This document shows, in pieces, positions 45,166 through 54,907 of a stretch of DNA of 64,000 nucleotides. The position numbers and the translations under genes are program-made. Source of the DNA: a bacterium (GTDB lineage Bacteria; Electryoneota; Electryoneia; Electryoneales; Electryoneaceae); NCBI GenBank assembly GCA_963675295.2, contig CAXXKJ010000002.1:4096001-4160000 (forward strand), read 5' to 3'. Under the pieces are notes generated by a model. That model did not search any database. It saw nothing but the letters and a program-made list of their open reading frames with translations, and had not been told where the DNA came from. How positions within the stretch are numbered: the stretch's first letter is position 1; the number at the start of each line of letters is the position of its first letter.

Positions 45166-46557
45166 CTACACCGTCCTCGAGAAGGTGACATTCGCCTGTT
45201 CCGGCAGGTAGCGGTCGAACGGCATCGCGAGGTTGCGCAGGAACAACCGTCCCAGCGCGGTGATGGTCCAGCCGTTACCGTGCGGTTCGATCAGGCCGGG
45301 CTCAACGTACGGTTCGAGGCTGGTCACGATCGACTGCAATGTGTCACGCAGGCCGGGGGTTTCGTCCGCGCCGTCCGGAACTCGCACGACCAGGTTGCAC
45401 ATCAATTCGTTGATCAGCTCTTTGCGGATACGGTCGTCGTGGTCCAGACTGTGTCCGCGCGCGACCGCCCAGCCGTCCTCGTCGATGCGCTGGTTGTAGA
45501 CATCCGGTAGCGTTGTGTTTTGTACGAACATCTCGTTCATCTCGCCAATCGACGACGCCCCGAATCCGAGCATTTCCACGCCCCGGATTTCGGTGTATCC
45601 CATAAAGTTGCGCCACAGGTGCCCGTTCCGGACCGCTTCCGCCAACCGGTCATGCGGCGCGGCGAAGTGGTCAAGCCCGATGATCTGGTAGTCCATCGAC
45701 GCGAAGTGCTTGTTCGCGTCCAGCAGCATGCCGAGACGTTCCCGTGGTGGCGGCATCTTGTCCGCCGGCAGGGCACGCTGATGCTTGATTTTGTCCGGCA
45801 GGTGGGCATAGCCGAAGCTGGCAAGACGTTCCGGCTTGAGCTCACCGACCTGCTCCAGCGTCGTGCGCCATGTATCGCGTGTCTGGTAGGGCAGGCCGTA
45901 GATCAGGTCGATGTTGACACTGACAAAGCCGAAGCTGCGGCAGCGGTCGATGAACGCTTTCATTTGATCGACGGCGAAGACGCGGTTGATCGACTTCTGC
46001 ACCTGTTCGTCGAAGTCCTGCAGCCCGATCGAAATGCGGCGGAAGCCACGATCTGCCAGAATTCGCAGGTGGTCATCCGTGGTCACTCGCGGATCGACCT
46101 CGACCGATCGTTCCGCGTTCTTAATGCCGGGAATTTCCTCGAGGAAGACGTCCAGCAATTCCGCCAGCTTGTCGACGGGAGTGTGGGTCGGCGTGCCGCC
46201 GCCGAGGTGCAACCAGGAATGGCGCAGCTTGCGGTTGACATGCCTACCGGTGTTGCGAATCTCGGTGATCAGCCGGTCAACGTAGTTGCAGATCGTGTCC
46301 GGTTTGCCGGTGATGAACGAGTTGCAACCGCAATACAGGCAGCGCGACTTGCAGAACGGCAGGTGCAGGTACGCCGCGACCGGGTTGCCACGGCTGACCA
46401 GTGCATCCAGCCCGGCCTGGTAGGTTTCCGTCGGGAAATGGTTCTTCCACACCGGCGCGGTCGGGTACGAAGTGTAGCGTGGGCCGCGCACATCCAGCCG
46501 TTCCACCAGCTCGAAGATTTCGTTTTCCGGGAGTGTCGGGACAGCGTGTTCGATCAT
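45166..46557 (-). CDS. hemN: Oxygen-independent coproporphyrinogen III oxidase
   Basis: GPRYTSYP, YLHLPFCKSRCLYCGC, GGGTP, RNFMGY. Confidence 0.95.
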   Translation of the reverse strand: MIEHAVPTLPENEIFELVERLDVRGPRYTSYPTAPVWKNHFPTETYQAGLDALVSRGNPVAAYLHLPFCKSRCLYCGCNSFITGKPDTICNYVDRLITEIRNTGRHVNRKLRHSWLHLGGGTPTHTPVDKLAELLDVFLEEIPGIKNAERSVEVDPRVTTDDHLRILADRGFRRISIGLQDFDEQVQKSINRVFAVDQMKAFIDRCRSFGFVSVNIDLIYGLPYQTRDTWRTTLEQVGELKPERLASFGYAHLPDKIKHQRALPADKMPPPRERLGMLLDANKHFASMDYQIIGLDHFAAPHDRLAEAVRNGHLWRNFMGYTEIRGVEMLGFGASSIGEMNEMFVQNTTLPDVYNQRIDEDGWAVARGHSLDHDDRIRKELINELMCNLVVRVPDGADETPGLRDTLQSIVTSLEPYVEPGLIEPHGNGWTITALGRLFLRNLAMPFDRYLPEQANVTFSRTV

Positions 46558-47597
46558 GCCCGGCTCCCGTTGCGGATCTCGTCCAGCATGATGTGCACGT
46601 TGTCGATCGGCGTCATCCGCAGGATACCGTGCCCGAGGTTGAACACATGCGGCCGGTCGCCGACGACGTCGATAATGTGTCGGGTTTCCCGGCGGATGGT
46701 TGCCTCATCGCCAAGCAGCACGGTCGGGTCGAGGTTGCCCTGGAAGACTGTCGTTTCGCCGAGTGTCCGTCGGGCGTGTTCGATGTCGATCCGCCAGTCG
46801 AGGCTGATCACATTCGCGCCGAAGTCGCCGAGTGCCGGCAGCAAATGTGCCGCGCCCTTGGCGTAGTAAGTGGAGGGTATCCCCACTTCCCGTAGCCGGG
46901 TAAAGATCCTGTGCAATGACGGCAGCAGGTGTTCCCGGAAATCCTTCAGCGTCAGCACCCCGGCCCAGGTGTCGAACACCTGCACTGCGTTCGCGCCGGC
47001 TTCCGCCTGCGCTACGAGGTATTCCGCGACCATCTGCGCGAGTTGATCGAGGAACTCGTGGAACAGCTTCGGCTCGGTGTACATCATCGTCTTGATCGTC
47101 GCGAACGGTTCCGGCTTGCCGCCCTCGATCCAGTAGGAGGCCAACGTGAAAGGCGCCCCGGCGAAGCCGATGAACGACGTCTCCGACGGCAACTCACGCC
47201 GGATCAACGACACCGCCTCGAGCACTTCCGGCAGCTTCTCGCGCGCGTCGAAGGTCTTGACCTGCTTCAGGTCGTCATACGTTCGCAACGGATTGGCGAT
47301 TTGCGGACCCGGATTGAAGTCGATTTTCGCACCCATCGGCGCGAGCGGCACGAGGATGTCACTGAACAGAATCGACGCGTCGAACCCATAGCGCCGGATT
47401 GGCTGCAGGGTAACCTCACACGCCAGTTCCGGTGTGTGGCAAACATCGAGGAAGCTGTATTTCCCACGAACCTCAAGGTATTCGGGGAGGTATCGCCCGG
47501 CCTGGCGCATCAGCCAGACAGGCAGAGTGCTGGTGGTTTCGCCCCGCACATTCTGCATGTAGCTGCGGGTAGGGGTCAGCGTGGTCGTTTCGGCCAA
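46554..47597 (-). CDS. hemE: Uroporphyrinogen decarboxylase
   Basis: PVWLMRQAGRYLPEY, ILFSDIL, GFAGAPFTLASY, QGNLDP, FNLGHG. Confidence 0.97.
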   Translation of the reverse strand: MAETTTLTPTRSYMQNVRGETTSTLPVWLMRQAGRYLPEYLEVRGKYSFLDVCHTPELACEVTLQPIRRYGFDASILFSDILVPLAPMGAKIDFNPGPQIANPLRTYDDLKQVKTFDAREKLPEVLEAVSLIRRELPSETSFIGFAGAPFTLASYWIEGGKPEPFATIKTMMYTEPKLFHEFLDQLAQMVAEYLVAQAEAGANAVQVFDTWAGVLTLKDFREHLLPSLHRIFTRLREVGIPSTYYAKGAAHLLPALGDFGANVISLDWRIDIEHARRTLGETTVFQGNLDPTVLLGDEATIRRETRHIIDVVGDRPHVFNLGHGILRMTPIDNVHIMLDEIRNGSRA

Positions 47598-47928
47598 CGG
47601 GAACTCCCGAGTTCTGGATCGTGAACTGCTGAATCAACGCGTGGTCGCGCGAGTATTGTCACTCTGGAAACGTGCAAAGGCCGCCGTGTGGCGACCTTGC
47701 GACTGACCAAGTGTACAAGAAACCGCGCGGCGTATTGTCATGAAAATGTAATGGTTTTCGTTAAGCTCTCCTAACCCTTCCAGGGACAATCTCTCTCGCT
47801 GGTTCGGTGGCAGTTTCCCGATGGACTCGACACAACAAGTTGCTCCATCCTCTTCGATAACTTGATTTTCCCGGCGCGCTCCATCTTGTTATACTCAGGT
47901 CATGCTAATCATGACAGGAGATTTTATC

Positions 47929-49446
47929 ATGCCAACCCCCGCAGCTATGAGAAACACGCCTTTCCTGCTTCTGCTCGCTCTGCTCCTCCCAATGTTCGCT
48001 CACGCCAACATGCCCCACCCCGCCTGGTTGAAATTGTACGGCGGCGGCGACTACGACGAGGGCAAAACGGTCATCCGCACCCACGACGGCAACATCGCGG
48101 TGACGGGCGGTACCGAGTCCGCCGGTCCCGGCCTGATGGACGGTCATTTCAGCCTGTTTGACCCGGACGGCCGCATGATCGCACAACAGGTGTATGGCGG
48201 CAGCCGGGTCGACCGTGGCAAATGCATCATCGAGCTCGACAACGGGGATTTCCTCATCGCCGGCTACGCCCAGTCCTTCGAGGATCCCGGCTTCCGGCGG
48301 GTCTGGGTGCTGCGTGTCGGCCCTACCGGCGACCTGATCTGGGATACGATTTACGGTTCCGGCAGTGTCTTCGCGACCGGTTTTGTCATCGATCCGTGCC
48401 CGGACGGCGGCTACTACATTGGCGGCGATTACCAGGCGATGAACGACGGCCCGCGTGACGCGTACGCCATCCGCATTGACGGCGACGGGAACGTGATCTG
48501 GGAGAATCGCTTCGGGTTGGACCGGGATGTGCGCATGTTCTACGGCGCGGTCACTCCGGATGGCAATTTCGCCCTCGCCGGGTTCGAACGTGTCGCCGAA
48601 GACGACTTCCCGGACATGTACCTGGTCAAGGTGGACAAAGACGGCAACCAGCTATGGGAGGGGGAATACGGAACACCGTCCCGGGATGACGCCCGCGGAA
48701 TCGCGATCCTGCCGGACGGCCGCATGGTGCTCGCTGGAGAAACCTATCCGGACGGGTCCACCACCTCCGACATTGCGCTGGCAATCGTTGCGGACGATGG
48801 CACACAGCTCGCATGGCACGAGTACGGCTGGAACATGAGCGAGCAGGCGCGCCACGTGGAAATCACCTCCGCTGGCGACATTATGGTCGTCGGCCACAGC
48901 TTCTCCTTCGGCAACGCCGGCGACATGCTGGTCATGCTGATCGGACAGGATGGCAACGAACGCTGGAGCTGGCATTTTGGCGGCGAGTTCAACGAGTTCG
49001 TCAAATCCTCCGCCGAGATCCGGCCCGGTGAGTTTGTTTTCACCGGCCAGACTCTCTCCGGCCCGGACCCGGAAGGGTCGATGTTCCTGCTCAAGATGGA
49101 TGATGTCTCCGAATCGTTCAGCTACCCGCCGGACTTCGGCACGCCGGTGTTCGAACAACCCGCCGCACCCGAGCAGATTACACAGTTCCGCGTTGGCAGC
49201 GTCTACCCGAACCCGTTCAACTCGCAGGGACGGTTCAGCGTCCAGATCACCCAACCCGGCCCAATCCGTGTGGTGGTGTATGATCGTCTCGGCCGCCTGG
49301 TACGGGTGCTGGCGGACGAATCGGTCCCGGTCGGCGAACGGGTGTATCCGTTGTTCGCGGACGATCTGCCATCCGGCATGTACTTCGTTCAGGCGACTTC
49401 CCCCATCGCGGGGCAGGTGGTGACGCCGTTTACGGTGGTGAAGTGA
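47929..49446 (+). CDS. Secreted beta-propeller-repeat protein with T9SS-like C-terminal domain
   Basis: AGGAG RBS; signal peptide ending AHA; repeated D.DG...W...YG blades like 4754-6280; YPNPFN...YDRLGR...SGMYFV. Confidence 0.8.
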   Translation: MPTPAAMRNTPFLLLLALLLPMFAHANMPHPAWLKLYGGGDYDEGKTVIRTHDGNIAVTGGTESAGPGLMDGHFSLFDPDGRMIAQQVYGGSRVDRGKCIIELDNGDFLIAGYAQSFEDPGFRRVWVLRVGPTGDLIWDTIYGSGSVFATGFVIDPCPDGGYYIGGDYQAMNDGPRDAYAIRIDGDGNVIWENRFGLDRDVRMFYGAVTPDGNFALAGFERVAEDDFPDMYLVKVDKDGNQLWEGEYGTPSRDDARGIAILPDGRMVLAGETYPDGSTTSDIALAIVADDGTQLAWHEYGWNMSEQARHVEITSAGDIMVVGHSFSFGNAGDMLVMLIGQDGNERWSWHFGGEFNEFVKSSAEIRPGEFVFTGQTLSGPDPEGSMFLLKMDDVSESFSYPPDFGTPVFEQPAAPEQITQFRVGSVYPNPFNSQGRFSVQITQPGPIRVVVYDRLGRLVRVLADESVPVGERVYPLFADDLPSGMYFVQATSPIAGQVVTPFTVVK

Positions 49447-49546
49447 CCGCGTCCGCTCCACAACTCCTGTAGCTCACCCGGAATCAATCCCGCCTGCCTG
49501 CTGGAACAAACTGCAGCGGATGTCCGTTGAGATGAGGAGGTGAGGT

Positions 49547-50788
49547 GTGTCCTTTTCGCACGGGATCAGGCTGGTTTTTCCCGTGGTCCCGTTAGCACTG
49601 TCTGTTTCTGTCACGGAGTCCCAACTGGCAAGAGTTGTGGTTCGATTTGTCCGCATACTGCTGATATCATTGTTTATCGCGTTGCCCGCTCACGCGGTTC
49701 CCGCGGGCGGAGGTGGCGACGTTTCCGCCGTGGCCTCGACGACGGACGTGGCGTTGCTGATTTTTTACATCGTGCTCGCGCTGCTGGTATCGTTCCTTTG
49801 TTCCATCGCGGAAGCGGTGCTGCTGAGCATCACGCCGACCTACATCGAAAGCCAGCAAACGCGGAACCCGAAGCTCGCCCGTCTGCTGAAAAAGGTGAAG
49901 CAGGACCGGATCGACCAGTCCCTTGCCGCGATCCTGACGTTGAACACCATCGCCCACACCGTTGGCGCCATCGGCGCGGGCGCAAAGGCCACGATTGTCT
50001 TTGGCAGTGTGTGGTTCGGCCTGTTTTCGGCGGTGATGACGTTGCTGATCCTGTTTCTTTCCGAGATCATCCCGAAGACCCTCGGCGCGGTGCATTGGGC
50101 ACGCCTGGTCAAACCGGTGGCGGTGTACGTTCAGGTGCTGGTCTATGGACTGTACCCGCTGGTCTGGCTTTCAGAACGGTTGACCCGTCTGTTCTCCCGC
50201 AAGCAGGACGGCCATCGAATCACGCGCGAAGAAATCCTCGCCATGGTCCGGATCGGGGAACAGACCGGGAATGTGCTCGGGCAAGAGCATTCGATGATCC
50301 GCAACCTGTTCCGTTTCCGTCAGCTGAAAGTCGCGGAAATCATGACACCGCGCACCGTCATCTCGGCGTTTCCTGAAGATCTGACGGTCGGCGAAGCTGC
50401 GGAGCAGGCCGCGAATGTCCCCTTCTCACGGTTTCCGGTCTACGTGGACACCATCGACCGTGTCACCGGGTTTGTGCTCAAGGACGATCTCCTGCTGCAT
50501 GCCGCGCAGGCCGAAACAGCGATTTCGTTGGCCACGTTGCGGCGGGACATCCTCTCGGTGCCGGAAATCATCACCCTGCCGGACCTGTTTCAGCATCTGC
50601 TCGCCCAACGTGCGCACATCGCACTGGTCGTTGATGAGCACGGCGGAACCGGCGGACTGGTCACGCTGGAAGATCTCGTCGAAACGCTTGTCGGTGAGGA
50701 GATCATGGACGAGAGCGACCAGGTCGCCAATCTCCGCGAAGTAGCTCGCAAACGGTGGCACCGGCGCGGGGGACAACGTGTAAGCTGA
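49547..50788 (+). CDS. CNNM (DUF21)-CBS domain protein (TlyC/CorC-like); start uncertain
   Basis: SFLCSIAEAVLLS, ILTLNTIA, LSEIIPKT, IMTPR, FSRFPVY, VVDEHGG..GLVTLED..E..VG. Confidence 0.9.
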   Translation: MSFSHGIRLVFPVVPLALSVSVTESQLARVVVRFVRILLISLFIALPAHAVPAGGGGDVSAVASTTDVALLIFYIVLALLVSFLCSIAEAVLLSITPTYIESQQTRNPKLARLLKKVKQDRIDQSLAAILTLNTIAHTVGAIGAGAKATIVFGSVWFGLFSAVMTLLILFLSEIIPKTLGAVHWARLVKPVAVYVQVLVYGLYPLVWLSERLTRLFSRKQDGHRITREEILAMVRIGEQTGNVLGQEHSMIRNLFRFRQLKVAEIMTPRTVISAFPEDLTVGEAAEQAANVPFSRFPVYVDTIDRVTGFVLKDDLLLHAAQAETAISLATLRRDILSVPEIITLPDLFQHLLAQRAHIALVVDEHGGTGGLVTLEDLVETLVGEEIMDESDQVANLREVARKRWHRRGGQRVS

Positions 50789-50966
50789 TACGTCTTCCTC
50801 GAACGCTGGCCAGAAGTTTCGCCGCGCACAGCTACTCATCCTGAAGCGACTCTTCCCGGATCTCAGCCCCACACATCTCGCCGCTCCGGTGATCCGTCCC
50901 TTCGTTGGTTACATTGTGGGATTCCAACGGAATTCACGTGACGTAGACCAACCGTGGGGGTTGCCG

Positions 50967-51914
50967 ATGCCGTCCCGTTTCCTGCCTGTTTTGCTCGCAG
51001 TGTTGTTGCTCGTATCCACCCTGTTCGTCGCTGGCTGCGGCGGGTCCAAATCCAAATCCGACATGCCGGTGATCGGCGTCAGCCTGCTCACTCGCACGCA
51101 CACGTTCTACCAGGATCTCGAAGCCGGTTTGCGTGCCGCGGCAAACGAGCACGGATATGAGCTGCTGGTCAACGCCGGCGAGTTTGACGTGGCGAAACAG
51201 AAAGACCAGATCGAGGATTTCATCGTCCGTGGCGTCAGTGCGATCATTGTCAGCCCGTGTGACTCACGGTCGATCGGCACCTCGATCCAGGCGGCGAACG
51301 AAGCCGGCATCCCGGTGTTCACCGCCGACATTGCCTGCCTCGCCGATGGCGCGGATGTCGTCACTCATGTCGCCTCTGACAATGTCGAAGGCGGCAAGCT
51401 GGCGGCACAGACCCTCGCCGAAGCGATTGGCGGCGCGGGCAAAATCGCGATCATCGACCATCCGGAAGTGGAATCGGTGATCCAACGTGTCGCCGGATTC
51501 GAGGCTGAGATCGCGGATTGGTCGGACATTGAGATCGTCGCCAAGCTGACCGGGCGTGGCGTCAAGGATGTCGCCTTCCGCACCGCCGAGGACATCCTGC
51601 AGGCCCATCCGGACCTGGACGGCTTCTTCGGCATCAACGACGATAGCGCGTTGGGCGCGTTGGCTGCGGTCGAGAAGGCTGGCAAGCAGGGCCGGGTGAA
51701 GATTGTCGGCTTTGACGCGGTCCCCGAAGCCCGCGCGGCAATCGAGGCCGGGAAGATGGTCGGGGATGTGATCCAGCAGCCGGAAGAAATCGGCAAGACG
51801 ACCATTCAGGCGGTGGCTGATTACCTCGCTGGCAAGCAGGTGCCGGAGCAGATCCTGATTCCGTGCCAGATGTTCATGGCAAGCAACGAACCGGTCGCGG
51901 TGGAAACCCACTGA
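50967..51914 (+). CDS. Sugar ABC transporter substrate-binding lipoprotein (RbsB-like)
   Basis: VAGC lipobox; AGIPVFT.D, SDNVEGG, NDDSALGA, IVGFD, Q.PEEIG. Confidence 0.9.
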   Translation: MPSRFLPVLLAVLLLVSTLFVAGCGGSKSKSDMPVIGVSLLTRTHTFYQDLEAGLRAAANEHGYELLVNAGEFDVAKQKDQIEDFIVRGVSAIIVSPCDSRSIGTSIQAANEAGIPVFTADIACLADGADVVTHVASDNVEGGKLAAQTLAEAIGGAGKIAIIDHPEVESVIQRVAGFEAEIADWSDIEIVAKLTGRGVKDVAFRTAEDILQAHPDLDGFFGINDDSALGALAAVEKAGKQGRVKIVGFDAVPEARAAIEAGKMVGDVIQQPEEIGKTTIQAVADYLAGKQVPEQILIPCQMFMASNEPVAVETH

Positions 51915-51916
51915 CC

Positions 51917-53419
51917 GTGACAGCTTCGACGGATCAGCCGCTGCTGGCGGTACGTGGCGCGAGAAAAGAATTTCCCGGTGTGCTCGCCCTCGCGGACGCG
52001 TCCTTCGACCTGCGTCCCGGTGAGGTTCATGCCCTCGTCGGCGAAAACGGCGCGGGCAAATCAACGTTGATCAAGCTGTTGACGGGAGTGCATCCGTCCG
52101 ACGGCGGCAGCATCGAGCTGTTCGGCGAACCCTCAACGGTCACCTCCCCCATTGAGGCGCAGCGCCTCGGACTCGCCACGATCTACCAGGAATTCACCCT
52201 CGTGCCGGGGATGACGGTGCGCGAAAACCTGTGGCTCGGACGCGAACGCACGGCCCGTGGATTCACCAGCGCGGCGTGGGAACGACGTGAAGCGGTGGCG
52301 TTGTTCGAGCGGCTTGGAGTGAAGATTGACTCGGACGCGATCGTGCGTTCGCTGCCGGTCTCGCATCAGCAGCTCGTCGAAATCGGCCGAGCGTTGCTCA
52401 GCGACGCACGCATCCTGATCATGGACGAACCCACCGCCTCGCTCAGCCCACACGAGGTGACGCAACTCTTCGCCATCCTCCGTGACCTGCGCGAACAGGG
52501 GCTGGGCATCCTGTTTATCAGCCATCGTCTCGAGGAAGTGTTCGCCCTCGCTGACCGGGTGACAGTGCTGCGGGACGGCGTCACTGTCGGCACGTGGGCA
52601 ACCTCCGAATTGACCCGTGAACAGTTGATCGAGCAGATGGTCGGGCGTCCATTGGACCAGGAATTCCCCAAGGTCGTGGCGGAGATTGGCAAACCAGCGC
52701 TCGAGGTGCGGCAGCTCTGCGGTGGACTCAGTGCGGCGGAAGTGGGAAACTCATTTACGGTGCGCGCGGGCGAAGTTGTCGGCCTGTTCGGGCTGGTGGG
52801 ATCGGGACGTACCGAGCTGGCGCGTTTGATCGCCGGCGCCGACCGGATTGCGTGTGGTGAGGTTCGTGTGGACGGCGAAGCAGTGCGAATCCGGTCTCCG
52901 CGGGACGCCATCCGTGCCGGGATCTGCCTGCTCAGCGAGGATCGCAAAGCCGAGGGGTTGGTGCTCAATCTGCCGTCGGTAGAGAATTTCGCTCTGCCGT
53001 CGTTACACAAGTGGTCGCGTAGCGGCTGGATGAATGAAAAGGCGGAACGGGCGGCCTTCCTTACGTACGTCGACGCGATCCACATCCGCATTTCCGATCC
53101 TGAGCAACCGGCGGGGCATCTGTCCGGCGGAAACCAGCAGAAGTTACTGATCGCGCGCTGGCTCGAGGTGGATTCACGAGTGATCCTGTTCGACGAGCCG
53201 ACTCGCGGGATCGACGTCGGTGCGAAGGCGGAGATCTACCAGCTGATCAACGAACTGGCCGCGCGTGGCAAGGCGATCCTGATGATCTCGTCTGAACTGC
53301 CGGAAGTTCTGGGCATGGCGGACCGCATCCTCGTGATGCACGAGGGCCGGATCTCCGGCCAGTTGATGAACAACGACGCAGTTTCGCAGGAAGATGTGAT
53401 GCAACTGGCGGTCGCCTGA
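51917..53419 (+). CDS. Sugar ABC transporter ATPase (RbsA-like, tandem NBD)
   Basis: GENGAGKSTL, MDEPT, GLVGSGRTE, LSGGNQQK, DEPTRGIDVGAK. Confidence 0.93.
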   Translation: MTASTDQPLLAVRGARKEFPGVLALADASFDLRPGEVHALVGENGAGKSTLIKLLTGVHPSDGGSIELFGEPSTVTSPIEAQRLGLATIYQEFTLVPGMTVRENLWLGRERTARGFTSAAWERREAVALFERLGVKIDSDAIVRSLPVSHQQLVEIGRALLSDARILIMDEPTASLSPHEVTQLFAILRDLREQGLGILFISHRLEEVFALADRVTVLRDGVTVGTWATSELTREQLIEQMVGRPLDQEFPKVVAEIGKPALEVRQLCGGLSAAEVGNSFTVRAGEVVGLFGLVGSGRTELARLIAGADRIACGEVRVDGEAVRIRSPRDAIRAGICLLSEDRKAEGLVLNLPSVENFALPSLHKWSRSGWMNEKAERAAFLTYVDAIHIRISDPEQPAGHLSGGNQQKLLIARWLEVDSRVILFDEPTRGIDVGAKAEIYQLINELAARGKAILMISSELPEVLGMADRILVMHEGRISGQLMNNDAVSQEDVMQLAVA

Positions 53420-53433
53420 TTCCGGGGAGAACG

Positions 53434-54768
53434 ATGGTGCAGTCGAAAACAGCTCGTTTCCTCACAACCTACGGCATGGTGCTGGTGCTGCTGTTGCTGG
53501 TGGTGCTGTTCAGCGTGTTGACCGTCAGCGAACAGCATCCGGCGGGCGATGCGGCGGCCCGTGTGCTGCTGAAGGAACTGCCAAGCGCGCAACCGGTCGG
53601 GGCCGTGTTTGTCACGGGCCGGACAACGTCCGAGGACAGCGCGTTCGTCATGGCGACCATGGCTGGGCTGCGTGACCAGGGCTGGATCGATGCGGCAACC
53701 GTGTACGGCTCCCCCAGCGAGATCCGGGCCGCTATCGAACGTGGCATCGGCTTGGAAGCCCGCACCGTCACCGTGCTTACCACCCAGCCGATGCAGGCTA
53801 CAGTTCGCGCGATTGTCAATGATCTCGCGCCGGGGTCGACTGTGCTGGTGCCACCCTCCCGTCGCTACCCCACCTTCCTGCTCGCGGACAATTTGCGCAA
53901 CATCGCGAACCAGATATCGGTGATCGCGATTGTCGCGGTCGGGATGACGATGGTGATCATCACCGCTGGGATTGATCTGTCGGTGGGCAGCCTGATCGCG
54001 CTGGCGGCGGTGATCGGCGCGTGGCTGATCGGCTTGATGGGCGGAACCGGGGCCGGTCCGGGCGCGATGATCCTCGGATCGTTGGGCGCAATTGTGCTGA
54101 GCGGGCTGGTCGGCGCATTTTCCGGCGCGATGATCACCGGGTTCCGGATTCCGCCGTTCATTGCGACCTTGGCGATGATGCAGGTCGCGAGCGGGCTGGC
54201 GTACATCCTCTCTCAGGGTCGTCCGATTTACCAGCTTCCCGAAAGCTATGTCGGGCTCGGACGTGGCGCGGAACCGTTGTTCGGGATTCCGTGGGCGGTG
54301 CTGCTGATGTTGCTGCTGTATGGCATCGCGCATGTGGTGATGAGCCGCACGGTCTATGGCCGCGCGATCTACGCCGTCGGCGGCAACGAGGAAGCGGCCC
54401 GGCTGGCCGGGATCCGGGTGAAACGAGTGCTGCTCAGCGTGTATATCGTCTCCGGTGCGTTGGCCGGGCTCGGTGGCATCGTGATGGCCAGCCAGCTCAA
54501 GAGCGGCGCGCCGACCTATGGTTTGATGTACGAGCTGTATGTCATCGCGGCGGTGGTGGTCGGCGGAACCAGCCTCGCAGGTGGCGAGGGACGGATCTTC
54601 GGGACGTTGATCGGCGCGTTCATCATCGCGGTGATTCAGAACGGGATGAACCTGACGAATGTGGAGTCCTACACGCAGAAAGTGGTGCTCGGGCTGGTGA
54701 TTCTCGCCGCAGTTCTGCTGGACCGGCTCAAACATCAGGGCTGGCGGCTGCGGAAGAGAAAAGCATAG
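53434..54768 (+). CDS. Sugar ABC transporter permease (RbsC-like) with a ~110-aa inserted soluble domain
   Basis: GMTMVIITAGIDLSVG, IPPFIATL, GRAIYAVGGNEEAARLAGI, YELYVIAAVVVGGTSL.GG.G; extra segment after TM1. Confidence 0.9.
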   Translation: MVQSKTARFLTTYGMVLVLLLLVVLFSVLTVSEQHPAGDAAARVLLKELPSAQPVGAVFVTGRTTSEDSAFVMATMAGLRDQGWIDAATVYGSPSEIRAAIERGIGLEARTVTVLTTQPMQATVRAIVNDLAPGSTVLVPPSRRYPTFLLADNLRNIANQISVIAIVAVGMTMVIITAGIDLSVGSLIALAAVIGAWLIGLMGGTGAGPGAMILGSLGAIVLSGLVGAFSGAMITGFRIPPFIATLAMMQVASGLAYILSQGRPIYQLPESYVGLGRGAEPLFGIPWAVLLMLLLYGIAHVVMSRTVYGRAIYAVGGNEEAARLAGIRVKRVLLSVYIVSGALAGLGGIVMASQLKSGAPTYGLMYELYVIAAVVVGGTSLAGGEGRIFGTLIGAFIIAVIQNGMNLTNVESYTQKVVLGLVILAAVLLDRLKHQGWRLRKRKA

Positions 54769-54907
54769 TCAGCGGGCTGTGGGCGGTAGTCGGTTGTCTT
54801 TCGTCGGTTGTCTGTTGTCAGTTACGTCTTTTGCATCTGCTGCATCTTTGGCGTCAGTTGCATCAGTTGCGTCTTTGGCGGTGTTTACAAATCCATCGAG
54901 GTGTGGG

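Noticed and set aside
54779-54907. N-terminal extension of the GH38 ORF (SFASAASLASVASVASLA)
   Set aside because: It is a translation of degenerate short intergenic repeats. The ATG at 54908 gives a normal signal peptide.
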